Numbered from the stretch's first letter, positions 1 to 12,000 are shown. The stretch: 64,000 nucleotides of DNA from a virus (IMGVR_UViG_3300020432_000004), one strand, 5' to 3'. Notes: generated by a model not told the origin, from the letters alone. Numbers and translations: made by a program.

Positions 1-2
1 AT

Positions 3-2045
3 AGCACTTACTACACTGATATTATTGTTCAAAATGGTATAGTAAGTCCAACTAAAGATTATGGAACATTTGATATTCCTGTTGGATTAGCAGGTGGTCT
101 AAACAATGCTGATTACTTATATGGTCTAGCATCTGGTTCATACGCTGAACTAGAGAAAGTAACCATGAATGAAGGTGAAGTTGTTCAGATTTATCAGAGA
201 TTCCGTATTGATGGTAATATTGTTGATGGTCCTTTCTTCATGAATGAAGTAGTTGAGAAACAAGGTGATAACACAGTTACTGGTGTTGTATATGGATTCT
301 TTGAAGATGATAACTTTAAGTATCTTGATGTTGCTGTAACTGGTGGAACATTCTCAGTATTAGATTATGTTGTTGGTGCAACTAACACAACAACTGCTCA
401 GATCAATGCTATTGAAGATAGAATACAGATTACTGATCTTCTAGGAGAATTTACAGATAATATTCCATTCAAAGGATATGACACAGGTGAAACTGCAATC
501 CCAACTGGATTCTTAAAAGCACAAGCTGCTGTTACAGATAATAGTGGTGGTAAATTAACTGTTGACACTGAAACACTCATAGGTACATTTGAAACCACTG
601 CTACAATATTCCCAGAACAATCTAAATTATTCCTTGATGTTGCCAGATATGATGGATTAGATACCTTAATAGGTTACAGAATATCATCTGCAGGACATAC
701 AAGAATTGGTATTTCAATTCAAAATAACAAGAACGTATTTACAGTTGGTAATAGACTTAATAAGATTACTAATGGTGTTATTGATCCTAATAACTATGGT
801 ATTATTACAGAACTTGATCTTGACAATAACATCATATACTACATTCTTGCAGCAGGTAATATTACTAATGGTGATCAAGTTGGTGACTTTGGACCTGCAC
901 CAGATCCACTCAATCCATTAGGACACGCAGTAATTAACACTAAGTTAGATGTTGCAGGTGCTGCTACTGCATTGATTCAAGATATTAAAGAGGTTGGTGT
1001 TAATAAGAGATTCTATCTAACAGATGTTCGTGGAACATTTAGTGGTAGAGATGGAATCTTCAGTAAAGATGGTTACAAGGCAGCGATCATAACTAAGACT
1101 GATCTTAAGGGACGTGTAGAACGTGCATTTAGAGGATTTGATGGAGTTCAAACTAACTTTAAGTTAACTATTGAGAATGGAACTAAGTACTTCCCTGATC
1201 CTGCAGGACATATGTTGATCTTTATCAATGGTGTTCTACAACCACCAGGTTCAGCAAATGCTTATACAGCATTCTCAGATAACATCCAGTTTACTGAAGC
1301 ACCTGATCTTGGAGCATCATTTACAGGATTCTATGTTGGTAAACTAAGACAGTTAGATGATATATCATTTGAGTTTGATTCATTACGTCAGTCATTCAAC
1401 TTGAAACGTGACGATGTGTTCTACTCATTGACACTGACTGATGGTGTTCAATCTTCTACAATCTTACCAGAAAATAATATCATTGTTTCACTCAATGGTG
1501 TTATACAGGAACCAGGCGTTGGTTTTGAATTGGTTGGTTCTAGAATTATATTCTCTGAAATTCCTCGTGTTGGATCAACCTTCGTTGCCTTCTCCTACGT
1601 TGGTTCTGAAGCGGACGTAGACGCTGCTGAGGTTGTACCTCCAATCGAAGTTGGTGACTTTATTGATATACAAGGTGAGACTGAAGATAGACAGGTTGCT
1701 GTTATCGAATCTTCTAACTCCTTGATTACATTCGACTATCTTGGATCTGTATTTGGACAGAATGCAAAAGCATCTGCCACACTAACATCTGGAACTATTG
1801 ATAGAGTTCAAGTTACAGCAGGTGGATCTGGTTACACAACTAGACCAAATGTAAGGGTTGACTCTATATCTGGATTTGATGGAAACATTCGTGCACTCGT
1901 CGGGGTTGCAGGTGTTGAAGTCAGTAACGTTGGTTCTGGATATCAAAACCCTGTAGTTTCTGTTGAAACTGTAGTCCCCGATGACTGGACTCCTCCTGAC
2001 TTAAGTCTATACGGAGAAGAACCAGTTGACCCCGAAACCCCATAA
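3..2045 (+). CDS. C-terminal part of a large baseplate structural protein (gp7-like wedge initiator); 5' end lies outside the window
   Basis: The frame is open from position 3 (STYYTDIIVQNG...) into the 165 ATG. It has repeated 'IFINGVLQPPG..YT...IQFTEAP' / 'VSLNGVIQEPG..F...IIFSEIP' motifs and GSGY motifs typical of cyanophage baseplate proteins, and lies directly upstream of gp9. Confidence 0.6.
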   Translation, partial: STYYTDIIVQNGIVSPTKDYGTFDIPVGLAGGLNNADYLYGLASGSYAELEKVTMNEGEVVQIYQRFRIDGNIVDGPFFMNEVVEKQGDNTVTGVVYGFFEDDNFKYLDVAVTGGTFSVLDYVVGATNTTTAQINAIEDRIQITDLLGEFTDNIPFKGYDTGETAIPTGFLKAQAAVTDNSGGKLTVDTETLIGTFETTATIFPEQSKLFLDVARYDGLDTLIGYRISSAGHTRIGISIQNNKNVFTVGNRLNKITNGVIDPNNYGIITELDLDNNIIYYILAAGNITNGDQVGDFGPAPDPLNPLGHAVINTKLDVAGAATALIQDIKEVGVNKRFYLTDVRGTFSGRDGIFSKDGYKAAIITKTDLKGRVERAFRGFDGVQTNFKLTIENGTKYFPDPAGHMLIFINGVLQPPGSANAYTAFSDNIQFTEAPDLGASFTGFYVGKLRQLDDISFEFDSLRQSFNLKRDDVFYSLTLTDGVQSSTILPENNIIVSLNGVIQEPGVGFELVGSRIIFSEIPRVGSTFVAFSYVGSEADVDAAEVVPPIEVGDFIDIQGETEDRQVAVIESSNSLITFDYLGSVFGQNAKASATLTSGTIDRVQVTAGGSGYTTRPNVRVDSISGFDGNIRALVGVAGVEVSNVGSGYQNPVVSVETVVPDDWTPPDLSLYGEEPVDPETP

Positions 2046-2048
2046 ATA
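2041..2048 (+). promoter_or_regulatory. T4-type late promoter CATAAATA
   Basis: NATAAATA 18 nt upstream of the gp9 ATG. Confidence 0.75.
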
Positions 2049-2066
2049 ACTAAAAAATAGCGAACA

Positions 2067-3293
2067 ATGGCTAAACAAGTAATCGGTCTTGGATCTGCTG
2101 CTAATGATAACACAGGTGATACTCTTCGTGCAGGTGGTGATAAGGTTAACGACAATTTCAGTGAAGTTTATACTGCTTTAGGTAATGGAACAGACCTAAC
2201 GATAACTCTTGCCAATCCTGGCGTTAATCAGGTGTTACGTTATAATGGATCTACTTTTACTCCTTCAGATTATAGTACTCTGACTTCTTCATTAGATGTA
2301 AATGGTAATACAATAATTTCTACATCAAACGGTAATATCCCTATTGCTCCAAATGGAACTGGTAATGTTACCATTGCTGCAGGTGGTGTAACCAATACTT
2401 TTAACGGAACTACTGGTAATGTTGATTTCCCAACTTCTATTGCATATAAGAATGAGTATACAGCAATAGGATCAGCACCTTCTGCCTCATCATATACAGG
2501 TTATTTCTTTACAGTTGATGGTGATGATAATCCATATGTAAATATCAATATTACTGCAGGTGGTGTTGGAGATACAAGAGCAAAAATTTTAACAGAGTAC
2601 TCTAGTCTTGGACAAGTTGGAGATGTAGATACAACAACAAATGCTCCTACTAATGGACAATTATTAAAGTGGAATACATCAGATGGTAAATGGGCACCTG
2701 CTGATGATCTAGCTGGTGCAGGATCTCAGAATTTATGGGAATCTATTGTTGCCGATACAGGAACAGCAACTGCTGATTCTGCAACTGATTCATTAACAAT
2801 AGCAGGTGGAACTGATATAGGAACTAGCATAACTGGTGATACAGTAACTATCAATTATACTGGAACTCCTGTAACTTCATTTGCTGCATTGACTGATACA
2901 GACCTTTCTGGAATAGTAAAGGGTGACTCAGTTTATTGGAATAATACTGATTGGGTTGTAGCTAGAAGTCCTGTTATTTGGTGGAACTTAAACTCTGTTG
3001 GTGGATCTGATTATACTTTCTCTGGTCCTGGTTTTACTGGTGCTGTGAATGACCCAACTCTTTATGTTTATAGAGGGTTTACTTATATCTTTGATAACTC
3101 AGTTCAAGGTGGTGCTCATCCATTTAGGATTCAAAGCACACAGGGTTTAACTGGAACTCCATATACTGCAGGTCAGTCAGGTAGTGGATCTAATATTTTA
3201 TATTGGACAGTTCCGTTGGATGCTCCTGCGGTTTTATATTATCAGTGTACACTTCATTCTGCCATGCAAGGCACAATTAACGTAGCGGTATAG
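2067..3293 (+). CDS. gp9: Baseplate wedge tail-fibre connector (gp9-like) with C-terminal cupredoxin-like domain
   Basis: N-terminus MAKQVIGLGSAANDNTGDTLRAGGDKVNDNFSEVY matches the T4 gp9/gp10 N-terminal motif; C-terminus has HPF...YYQCTLHSAM. Confidence 0.8.
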   Translation: MAKQVIGLGSAANDNTGDTLRAGGDKVNDNFSEVYTALGNGTDLTITLANPGVNQVLRYNGSTFTPSDYSTLTSSLDVNGNTIISTSNGNIPIAPNGTGNVTIAAGGVTNTFNGTTGNVDFPTSIAYKNEYTAIGSAPSASSYTGYFFTVDGDDNPYVNINITAGGVGDTRAKILTEYSSLGQVGDVDTTTNAPTNGQLLKWNTSDGKWAPADDLAGAGSQNLWESIVADTGTATADSATDSLTIAGGTDIGTSITGDTVTINYTGTPVTSFAALTDTDLSGIVKGDSVYWNNTDWVVARSPVIWWNLNSVGGSDYTFSGPGFTGAVNDPTLYVYRGFTYIFDNSVQGGAHPFRIQSTQGLTGTPYTAGQSGSGSNILYWTVPLDAPAVLYYQCTLHSAMQGTINVAV

Positions 3294-3296
3294 TAA

Positions 3297-6200
3297 ATGA
3301 CAAGAACAGTTCCTGGTTCTGGTGCCGTCATTGAACCAATATTTGATGAGATTTTTGGAGTTCGTGCGGTAGAAGTTTTAGATGGTGGTAGTGGATACAC
3401 AACATCCGATCCCCCTCGTCTTACTATAACTGGTTGTGGAACTCCAGATGTAGAAGCATTGTTGTATCCAATTATTGATAATGAGTCAGGAAGAATTATA
3501 CACGTTAGAGTTCTTAGTAGAGGTAGAGGATATGATCCATTAAGATTACAGATCATTCCAGAACAAGAAACTCCTAATGTTGTAACGTCATTTGATATAA
3601 AAAGAATATTTCAATCACATCCTAATAGTCCTACTACAGCAGCATTTACAGATGATAGACTCAGAATAGTATCTGATAATCATCCTAAACCATCTCAACA
3701 TTTCTTGACTGAAAGAGAACCAGGTGGTTCTGATACAATAGTTGATAGATCCTTTGATCAGACTTTTATCTATAGAGGTGGTAAAGATGTTCCTCATCCA
3801 GACGCTGCTAATAGACAATATCAAGGTGATAAAGCCATGGGTATCATGGCAAATGGTGTTTTACTTCATACACCTGAGTGGGGACAAGATGGAAATCCAC
3901 CACCAGGATTTACTATTGATGCTGTAAAATATCCTTACATAAAAAATAATAATGCTTATGATGCTGTACTAGATAATCAAGTTTATTATTATAAAACAAA
4001 TAAACTTATAAACGAATGGAATTTAGATAATGGTGTATTTGATTGGGGTAGAATAAGACAGTTTGTTTGGCAAGTTAAAACAGAACATGATAATGTTTTA
4101 ATAGACTTAACGAGTTTAGATCAGACTATAGGTTCAGTTGAAGTAGGTAGAGTTGTTGATTGTATTACTTCTACTGCAAAAGGTGAAGTAGCAAAAATTG
4201 TTAAAGATAATTTAGGTAATCCTACAAAAATATATTTAAGAAATCTTACTGGTGTTCCTTTCCAAGAAAATGATGTATGTTTAGGTGCTAATGGATTCCA
4301 GTTTAGAGTATCAGGTATTCCTAGAACATTTGAGACTGGTATATTCTATATTGAGTTTGGAGAAGAAGCACATGAATTTGGTCCTTTCTCACCTGGCACA
4401 TTTTATTTTGCTCCAGAAGGAATCAAAGTTCAAAGAAATTATTTAATTATTTGGGATCAAAGTCATCCATCTAACGGTGGACAAGGTGGAATGCCACACC
4501 CAATGAGATTCAGTACAACTGCTGATGGAACTCTTAATGGTGGAACTTTATATTATAACAGCACTGGTGTTACACAAGCACCTGCTGCTGATTACGAGGA
4601 TGAATATAAAGCATTATTCTTAATGAATGCTGATGAGAATAATAAAATTTATTATCATTGTGCATTCCATCGTTATATGTCTGGATATCTTGGTGATGAA
4701 GGTTACATGGAACTTGCATCAGATGTAGATCCTGACCCAATGGTTAATACTTATTATTTTAAAGAGTATTATCAAAGTAATACAAGTGATCCTAATACCA
4801 TTGATTATAGTAGACATCCTGATGGACACTCTAAAATATTGGGTATGTCTTTTGATGGATATCCCATCTATGGTGCTTGGGGTTATAATTCAACTGGAGC
4901 TACTGCTAGAGAAGTCTCAGGATATAGATTAAAAACAACTGCTGAGTTACCAGGTAATCGTCCTGATGTTAATACAGTTTCTACTGTAACATATACTGTA
5001 ACTGTATCAAACGGAAAATTTCAATTTGATGGAAGTAGACCTTCATTTTTAACATTAGAAAGAGGTAAGACATATATCTTTAATCAAAATGATGCATCAA
5101 ACGATAGTAGTCATATATTTGTCGGTACATCTGATGATGGATGGCATGTAGGTGCACCTCCTATTATTGGAGATACATCATATCTTTTACCAGGCACTCA
5201 TGTAACTTACTGGATTGATGGTGCTCAAACTACTTACAATACTTACATCTCTGCTTTTAATACTGCAACAACAAGAGAAACTAGATTCCATGTTCCTGTT
5301 GATGCACCTATAGCATTATATTTGTTTGGATACTCTGTAGCAGATACAGGAATAAGATGTGTTATTGAGGGTTATGTACTTGGTGATTTAACTGAAGATT
5401 ATATACATGATTCAAGTGTTGGAACTCTTGATGCTTATAATGGTAAGTTCGGTCCTACTCCAGAATATCCTAACGGAACCTATGCATATTATATGACAGA
5501 AGATAGTTCTTCTGTTCCTACGTATCCTTATGCTATAGGTAATAGATTTTATGGAACTCCATTATTTGAAGGTGATAATGTTCCTGCACAAGTAGATACA
5601 TTCCCTGCAGGTGCTGCAGGTGATGTTGTTCTAAACGCTAGTGGACAAATAGCATACATTAGAATGACAAAGTTTGGTGATAATTATTTCGGTCCTGCAC
5701 AAGCAAAAATATTAGGTGGAGAAGGAACTGGTGCATTGGCAAGTCCTATTGTACAAACAGTTACTGGTTTATCATTATTAAATTCTGGTAGAGAGTATGC
5801 TACACCTCCAACACTTATATTTGAAGGAGGTGGAGGTGGTGTTGGTGCTGAAGGTGCTGCTGAGATTGATACCTTCGGTAAAGTTACTTCTATTAATATT
5901 GTTGATGAAGGTGAGTTCTATCAGGAACCTCCTTATGTGTTAATTACAGGTGGTGGAGGTATTGGTGCTAAAGCGGTTGCTAGAATTGATCAGGGTGTAA
6001 TTGTAGGAATTGATGTTACAGATTCTGGTTCTGGATATATCAATCCACCAAATATTGTATTTACTAAACTTGTTAATTTAAAACGTAAGACAAGAGCAAG
6101 ACAGTCTTATAACTCTCAAGCAATTTACTTAACTGGTCTCGTAAAAGATTTAGCTGCATCAGATACAGAAATATTTGTTGATACTACTACAGGTTTTCCT

Positions 6201-7469
6201 GGTTCTGGAGAACTGATTGTAAACACTGAAACGATTACTTATACTGGTAAAGCAACTGGTAAGTTCTTTGGTTTGACAAGAGGTGTAAACTTTAACTATG
6301 ACCAGAGAATTATATTAGATGCAACTCAGAACAACCAACAGGATATATCAACATACCAGTTTAATGTTGGTGATAGAGTTATTCGTAGAATTGATAATGC
6401 AAATAATAAAGTTGCAAAGGTATATGACTGGAATCCTCAAACTAGAGAACTATTAGTAACATTTGAAGTTGATGAATTGGCATTCATTGATGGTGGTATT
6501 CCATCAACTTTAGATGCTATTGTACAGTTTGATGCAGGTGTTGCTGCTAGTGCAAGTAATGCTTTTGATCCTCATCAAATTACTTTTGCTGCAAATGAAG
6601 ATATTATAACTTTGACTGATCCTATAGGTAGAATTTTAGATACTAAATTTGTTGATGTTGCAGAAAATGCAGGAGCTGGTGACGGTATTCCAGATTTATT
6701 TAATACAGGTACTGATTATGAAAACCAGATAGCACTAGATGGTGGTATTTACAATTCATTATATGGTATTGAAGAAACTCAAGGTGGAACTAATACTACT
6801 CTATTTGCAGTTGCTGATCAGGTCAAAGATGGTTCTATACCATTTAAGTATGCAACTGTAGAAACTGCAGGAACACTAACTGATGGTGTAGATCATTCTG
6901 CAAGATTAAATGTATATGTAGATCTAAATCAAGGTAATGGACAAAATTATGTTGTCAATGATCTAGTGACAGGTGATATATCTGGTGTAAGAGGAACTGT
7001 TCTTGGATGGGATCCTACTACTGGATTACTAGAAGTTGGTAATGTAACTCCATTCAATACTGGTAATATCAATATAGGTATTGCAGGTTACTTCTATGAG
7101 TTCTCTGCTAGAGAAACAGTGATTGATTTCATTGTTCAAAATCCAGGTACTAACTATACTGCACCTCCTTCGGTAACAGTAGAGAACATTGGTGATATAC
7201 AAGCAACAGCAAGTGTTAACATGACTGCTGCAGGTGACCAAGTTGCTTCACTAACAATCACAAATGGTGGTTATGGTATTGCACAAAATATTGATGAAAG
7301 TTTTGTAACACATCCGACAGTTACATTTACTAATAATGCTAGTGATAGCACAGGATCTGGTGCTGTTGCTCAAGCAGTTCTTGGTGGAGAACGCATTGCA
7401 GGTAATACTGGTGCGAGTTATAGGATCAAGAGAATTGAATATCAAGCACAACTCCAGTCTAAGGAGTAG
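3297..7469 (+). CDS. Virion structural protein with split YHYH domain and cupredoxin-like inserts
   Basis: GIMANGVLL, HPDGHSKILGMSFDGYPIYG and LDAYNGKFGPTPEYPNGTYAYY are YHYH-domain motifs; GxGY/PP repeats; located in the baseplate module. Confidence 0.7.
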   Translation: MTRTVPGSGAVIEPIFDEIFGVRAVEVLDGGSGYTTSDPPRLTITGCGTPDVEALLYPIIDNESGRIIHVRVLSRGRGYDPLRLQIIPEQETPNVVTSFDIKRIFQSHPNSPTTAAFTDDRLRIVSDNHPKPSQHFLTEREPGGSDTIVDRSFDQTFIYRGGKDVPHPDAANRQYQGDKAMGIMANGVLLHTPEWGQDGNPPPGFTIDAVKYPYIKNNNAYDAVLDNQVYYYKTNKLINEWNLDNGVFDWGRIRQFVWQVKTEHDNVLIDLTSLDQTIGSVEVGRVVDCITSTAKGEVAKIVKDNLGNPTKIYLRNLTGVPFQENDVCLGANGFQFRVSGIPRTFETGIFYIEFGEEAHEFGPFSPGTFYFAPEGIKVQRNYLIIWDQSHPSNGGQGGMPHPMRFSTTADGTLNGGTLYYNSTGVTQAPAADYEDEYKALFLMNADENNKIYYHCAFHRYMSGYLGDEGYMELASDVDPDPMVNTYYFKEYYQSNTSDPNTIDYSRHPDGHSKILGMSFDGYPIYGAWGYNSTGATAREVSGYRLKTTAELPGNRPDVNTVSTVTYTVTVSNGKFQFDGSRPSFLTLERGKTYIFNQNDASNDSSHIFVGTSDDGWHVGAPPIIGDTSYLLPGTHVTYWIDGAQTTYNTYISAFNTATTRETRFHVPVDAPIALYLFGYSVADTGIRCVIEGYVLGDLTEDYIHDSSVGTLDAYNGKFGPTPEYPNGTYAYYMTEDSSSVPTYPYAIGNRFYGTPLFEGDNVPAQVDTFPAGAAGDVVLNASGQIAYIRMTKFGDNYFGPAQAKILGGEGTGALASPIVQTVTGLSLLNSGREYATPPTLIFEGGGGGVGAEGAAEIDTFGKVTSINIVDEGEFYQEPPYVLITGGGGIGAKAVARIDQGVIVGIDVTDSGSGYINPPNIVFTKLVNLKRKTRARQSYNSQAIYLTGLVKDLAASDTEIFVDTTTGFPGSGELIVNTETITYTGKATGKFFGLTRGVNFNYDQRIILDATQNNQQDISTYQFNVGDRVIRRIDNANNKVAKVYDWNPQTRELLVTFEVDELAFIDGGIPSTLDAIVQFDAGVAASASNAFDPHQITFAANEDIITLTDPIGRILDTKFVDVAENAGAGDGIPDLFNTGTDYENQIALDGGIYNSLYGIEETQGGTNTTLFAVADQVKDGSIPFKYATVETAGTLTDGVDHSARLNVYVDLNQGNGQNYVVNDLVTGDISGVRGTVLGWDPTTGLLEVGNVTPFNTGNINIGIAGYFYEFSARETVIDFIVQNPGTNYTAPPSVTVENIGDIQATASVNMTAAGDQVASLTITNGGYGIAQNIDESFVTHPTVTFTNNASDSTGSGAVAQAVLGGERIAGNTGASYRIKRIEYQAQLQSKE

Positions 7470-7479
7470 TCGGAATCCG

Positions 7480-7487
7480 CATAAATA
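7480..7487 (+). promoter_or_regulatory. Late promoter CATAAATA
   Basis: Upstream of AGGAGG and the gp8 start. Confidence 0.75.
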
Positions 7488-7512
7488 AACAGGAGGACAA
7501 TAGTCTTAGAAA

Positions 7513-9045
7513 ATGGCAGCTCTATTAACTGATCAATTTAGAATTTTTTCAGCACAAAAATTTATTAAGGCTCTTGAAGGTCCCGTTGCAACTCAAAGTG
7601 ATGATGATGCAGGGGCTACGAGGGACAGGTTATATCTTTTCATAGGTAGACCACAAAGTTGGGATAATGAAAACTCACCACCACAGGCAGTGGATTCATT
7701 TGCCGAATTTTCTGGTGCATATGATGATATGGTTTCAATGAAGCGTGTGCTGGCTTCCGATACTGTGCAGGTTGTTCGTAGAATTGACTGGGTTTCCCCA
7801 GAACAAACTACTGGTGGATTAGGTTTTACCTATGACATGTATCGTCACGACTATTCTCCAAGTAAAACTGCTGCCTCTGGTGCTACTAAATTATATGATT
7901 CTGATTTTTACGTTGTAAACTCTCAGTATCAAGTATATAAGTGCATCTATAATGGAACTTCACCCTCAGATCCAAATGGAAAACCTTCTACAGTGGAACC
8001 TACAGGTACTTCTACTTCAATTATCACTACTGGTGATTCTTATCGTTGGAAATACATGTATACCATCCCAGTAGCATCGGTTCTTAAGTTCTTCTCGAAC
8101 GATTATATGCCTGTATTCACAAATGCTGCTGTAAAAACAAACGCAGTTGCAGGTGAAATTGATACTGTTGTTATCAATGCTGCAGGTTCTGGTTATAACA
8201 ATGGAACTTATGATAACGTTGCTATTAATGGTGATGGAACTGGTGGTCGTGTTTCACTAGTTGTAGATGGTGGTAAAATTATTTCTGCTACTGTTACATC
8301 TGGAGGAACAGGATATACCTTTGGTAAAATTTCTGTTGATAACGTTACTGGTATTGGAACAGGAACTGGTGCTCAAGTGGATGTCATAATTCCACCACCA
8401 GGCGGTCACGGTGCTGATTCTGTTGTAGAACTTGGTGCTTTCCGAGTTATGATTAATGCTAAACTTTCATACGATGAAGGTGCAGGTGACTTCCCAGTTG
8501 ACAACGACTATCGTCGTATTGGTTTAATAACAAACCCTTTAAAATTTGGAACCGAGGAATTAATTTCAGACTTGACTGTATCTGCTACTAAGGCAGTTAT
8601 ATTCTCACCTACATTCCAAGGTAACTACGTTCCTGATGAAATTATTACACAAACAAGAGTTGTTGGAGGATCTAACGTTACTGCTCGTGCTCGTGTTATT
8701 TCATGGAATGCAACTACAAAACTATTAAAGTACTATCAGAATGCTGTAGATGGTATCTTCCCAGAAGTTACAGGAACACAGAATGAATTTGATGGTTCAA
8801 ACGTGATTAATGGTGCTACATCTGGTGCTGCAGGGCAACCCGATGTTAACTTCCCCGCCATCCCAAACTCTTCTTCTAGAACAATTAACAATACTGAGTA
8901 TGACTTAGGTATGAAGTTTAACAATGGTTATGCTAAACCCGAAGTTTCCTCAAGTAGCGGTGACGTTGTTTACATAGATAATAGAAGATCCATCAGTCGT
9001 GCAAACGACCAAGTAGAAGATATTAAAATCGTAATCGAGTTCTAA
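7513..9045 (+). CDS. gp8: Baseplate wedge subunit gp8
   Basis: LYLFIGRPQSW, VVRRIDW, FYVVNSQYQVYKC, DSYRWKYMYTI, YIDNRRSISRANDQVEDIKIVIEF: T4 gp8 family. Confidence 0.92.
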   Translation: MAALLTDQFRIFSAQKFIKALEGPVATQSDDDAGATRDRLYLFIGRPQSWDNENSPPQAVDSFAEFSGAYDDMVSMKRVLASDTVQVVRRIDWVSPEQTTGGLGFTYDMYRHDYSPSKTAASGATKLYDSDFYVVNSQYQVYKCIYNGTSPSDPNGKPSTVEPTGTSTSIITTGDSYRWKYMYTIPVASVLKFFSNDYMPVFTNAAVKTNAVAGEIDTVVINAAGSGYNNGTYDNVAINGDGTGGRVSLVVDGGKIISATVTSGGTGYTFGKISVDNVTGIGTGTGAQVDVIIPPPGGHGADSVVELGAFRVMINAKLSYDEGAGDFPVDNDYRRIGLITNPLKFGTEELISDLTVSATKAVIFSPTFQGNYVPDEIITQTRVVGGSNVTARARVISWNATTKLLKYYQNAVDGIFPEVTGTQNEFDGSNVINGATSGAAGQPDVNFPAIPNSSSRTINNTEYDLGMKFNNGYAKPEVSSSSGDVVYIDNRRSISRANDQVEDIKIVIEF

Positions 9046-12000
9046 TGGCACAAAATACTAATCTAAACGTAACACCGTATTACGACGACTTTGATAAAGC
9101 AAAGAACTTTTATCGAGTATTGTTTCGTCCTGGTTTTCCAATACAGGCAAGAGAACTAACACAGTCTCAATCAATTCTACAAAATCAAATTGAGAATATG
9201 GGAACCCATCTATTTAAAGATGGTTCTATGGTTATACCTGGTCAAGTTGGTTATGACTTGAATGTAGATGCCATAATGGTTCAAGAGTCTTTCTTAGGTG
9301 CAGACGTAGAGAGTTATAGAAATCAGATTACAGGAAAAATTATTACAGGTTTGACATCAGGTGTTAAAGCAAAAGTGCTTTATAGTATTTCATCTGCTCA
9401 GTCAGACAAAGGATATATTACACTGTATATTAAGTACATTGAATCAGGTGGAGAAGAAAATAATCAAACTACATTTACTAATAATGAACAGTTAATTACA
9501 GATACAGAAATAACTTTTGGAACCACTCTTATTGAAGTAGGATCACCATTTGCACAATTACTACCTACAGCAGCAACACAAGTTGGATCTGTAGCATATG
9601 TGCAGGAAGGTGTTTACTTTATTAGAGGTTTCTTTGTAGACGTTCCTTATCAGTACATTCTCCTTGATCAATATGGAAGTAACCCCAAATACAGAATCGG
9701 ACTTGAGATCCTTGAATCAATCATCACCCCAGAAGATGACTTATCACTCAATGATAACGCTGCAGGAACATCTAATTATGCTGCTCCTGGTTCTCACAGG
9801 TTCAGAATAACAACTAACCTTGTCAAGAAATTACTTACAGACGAGGCAGATAAAGACTTTATTGAATTACTACGTATCAATGGTAATAAAATTGAGAAAT
9901 TAGTTGATCGTAGTGCATATGATGAACTAGAAAAATCTCTTGCAACTAGAACTTACGAAGAATCTGGTGACTATGTTGTTAGTGATTTCCAAATTAATAT
10001 GAGAGAGAACCTAAATGATGGGTTCAATAATGGTGTTTATGAATCAGGTGATACAACTGCTCAAGGTAATAGTGCTGCAGAAAGCATGTATGCTATTGAG
10101 TTTGGTCCTGGTACTGCATATGTTAGAGGATATAGACTTAAAACTTTATCTCCAACTTATGTTGACTTAGCAAAACCAAGAGATACAGAAGCTGCTCAGA
10201 ACACAATTATACCATTTACATTAGGTAACTACTCTAAGATTCAAAATCTATATGGATTTGTTAATACAGCAGGTTCTACTATTGGTAATGCATATCAGAC
10301 AGTAGAATTACATGATAGATTTACAGCAACACCAGGTGATGCTGTTGGTAATTTAATTGGATATGCACGTGTAGCATCTCTAGAATTTTTACAAGATCCT
10401 GATAGTAATTTTGGTGATGCTGATGACAAATATAATATGCATTTGTTTGATGTTCAAATGTTCACTGTATTACATTTGGCAAGTGCACAAACAATTAGTA
10501 CTGGTGCTGCTGATCAAAGAGGAACTTTAGTTGTTGGTAAATCATCAGGTGCAAGAGGATATCTAATTGATAACGTTGCTTCTGCTACTCACTTAAATCT
10601 TTATCAAGTTGAAGGAAACTTCCAGAAAGGTGAGATGGTAACTGTAGATGGTTTGAACTTAGATACTATCACTAACATGCACCAATATGTGTATTCAGAT
10701 ACTAGACAGGTTCTTGCTAGAGATGAAAATACACAAGCTGTTGAATTTACTGCAGATATTATATTAGAAGATCTTAAGTTTGTTCAAGGTGCTACATTCA
10801 CTTATGATGCTACAAGTAGTAATGAAAAAATTACTGGTTTAAATTCAAACTTTGCTGCTGATTTAAGACCTGGCGATAGATTATATTTCTCTGAAACAAA
10901 ATATGTTGATGTAGATTTTGTTGATCCTACAAACTTAGCATCATCTAATAATTCAACAATCTTTACTTACTCTACTCAAGTAGTAAACGTTACACCTGGT
11001 GCAGGTTCTGCAGGTCCTACTGGAGGAACTTATAATACAATCCTACGTTATAGAGCAAAACTTTGGGAAACAGAGAAGGCAACACTTCTTAAGCAAATGC
11101 CTAAACCATATGTTAAGAGCATCTCTGATGAATCTATGGTTGTTAGAAGAACTTTTGATAACCAAACTGTTGCTGCAAACGCTATATCAATTACTCTACC
11201 TGAGAATGAACAGTTCCAAGCAATTACAAACTCTGCATATTCATTCACAGTTATGGGTAGTACATCATCTGCATATCCTGTAGGTGCACAAATTCCTATT
11301 GACACTGTAAATACTGGTGCTATTGGTTATACAACATTTACATCTGCTGATAGAACTACAATTCAGATAACAAACTTAGATGTAACAGGTGATGCAGGTG
11401 CAATTACATCTGTTAAAGTTACAGCATCTGTTTCTAAGAACGTTACTGCTAAGAAAACAAAATCACCTTATAACATGTTTGTATTGAAGGTGAATCAAAC
11501 TGTTTCTAATTTAGATAAGCAAAATTATGGTCTTACATATTCTGGAGTATACGGAACTAGAATTGAAGATGTAGATCTATCATTAGGTATAACAGACGTA
11601 TTTAATATACATGCTGTATATGAGTCACTAGATGACGCTGATCCTATTCTTCCATCTATTACTTTAGTTGAACCAACATTCTTTGAAACTAAGAGTATTG
11701 TTACAGGTAAAACATCTGGTGCGAGAGCAAGAGTTGTTGACTTTAACTCAAGTACTTTAAAACTATCCATAGTTTATTTGAGTGGACAATTCATATCTGG
11801 TGAAACAGTTGATGGATTTAATAGTAGTAATATTGCTATTCAAGGTATTATTAATGACTCTGTAGGATCTATTGTTGCAGGATCTAAAGTTATTACAGAT
11901 CGTTATGAATTAGAAACTGGTCAAACAGGATTTATCTATGGTATATCTAAACTTGTAAGAAAGAAAGGTGTTGCAAAACCAATTAGAAAACTAAAAATTG

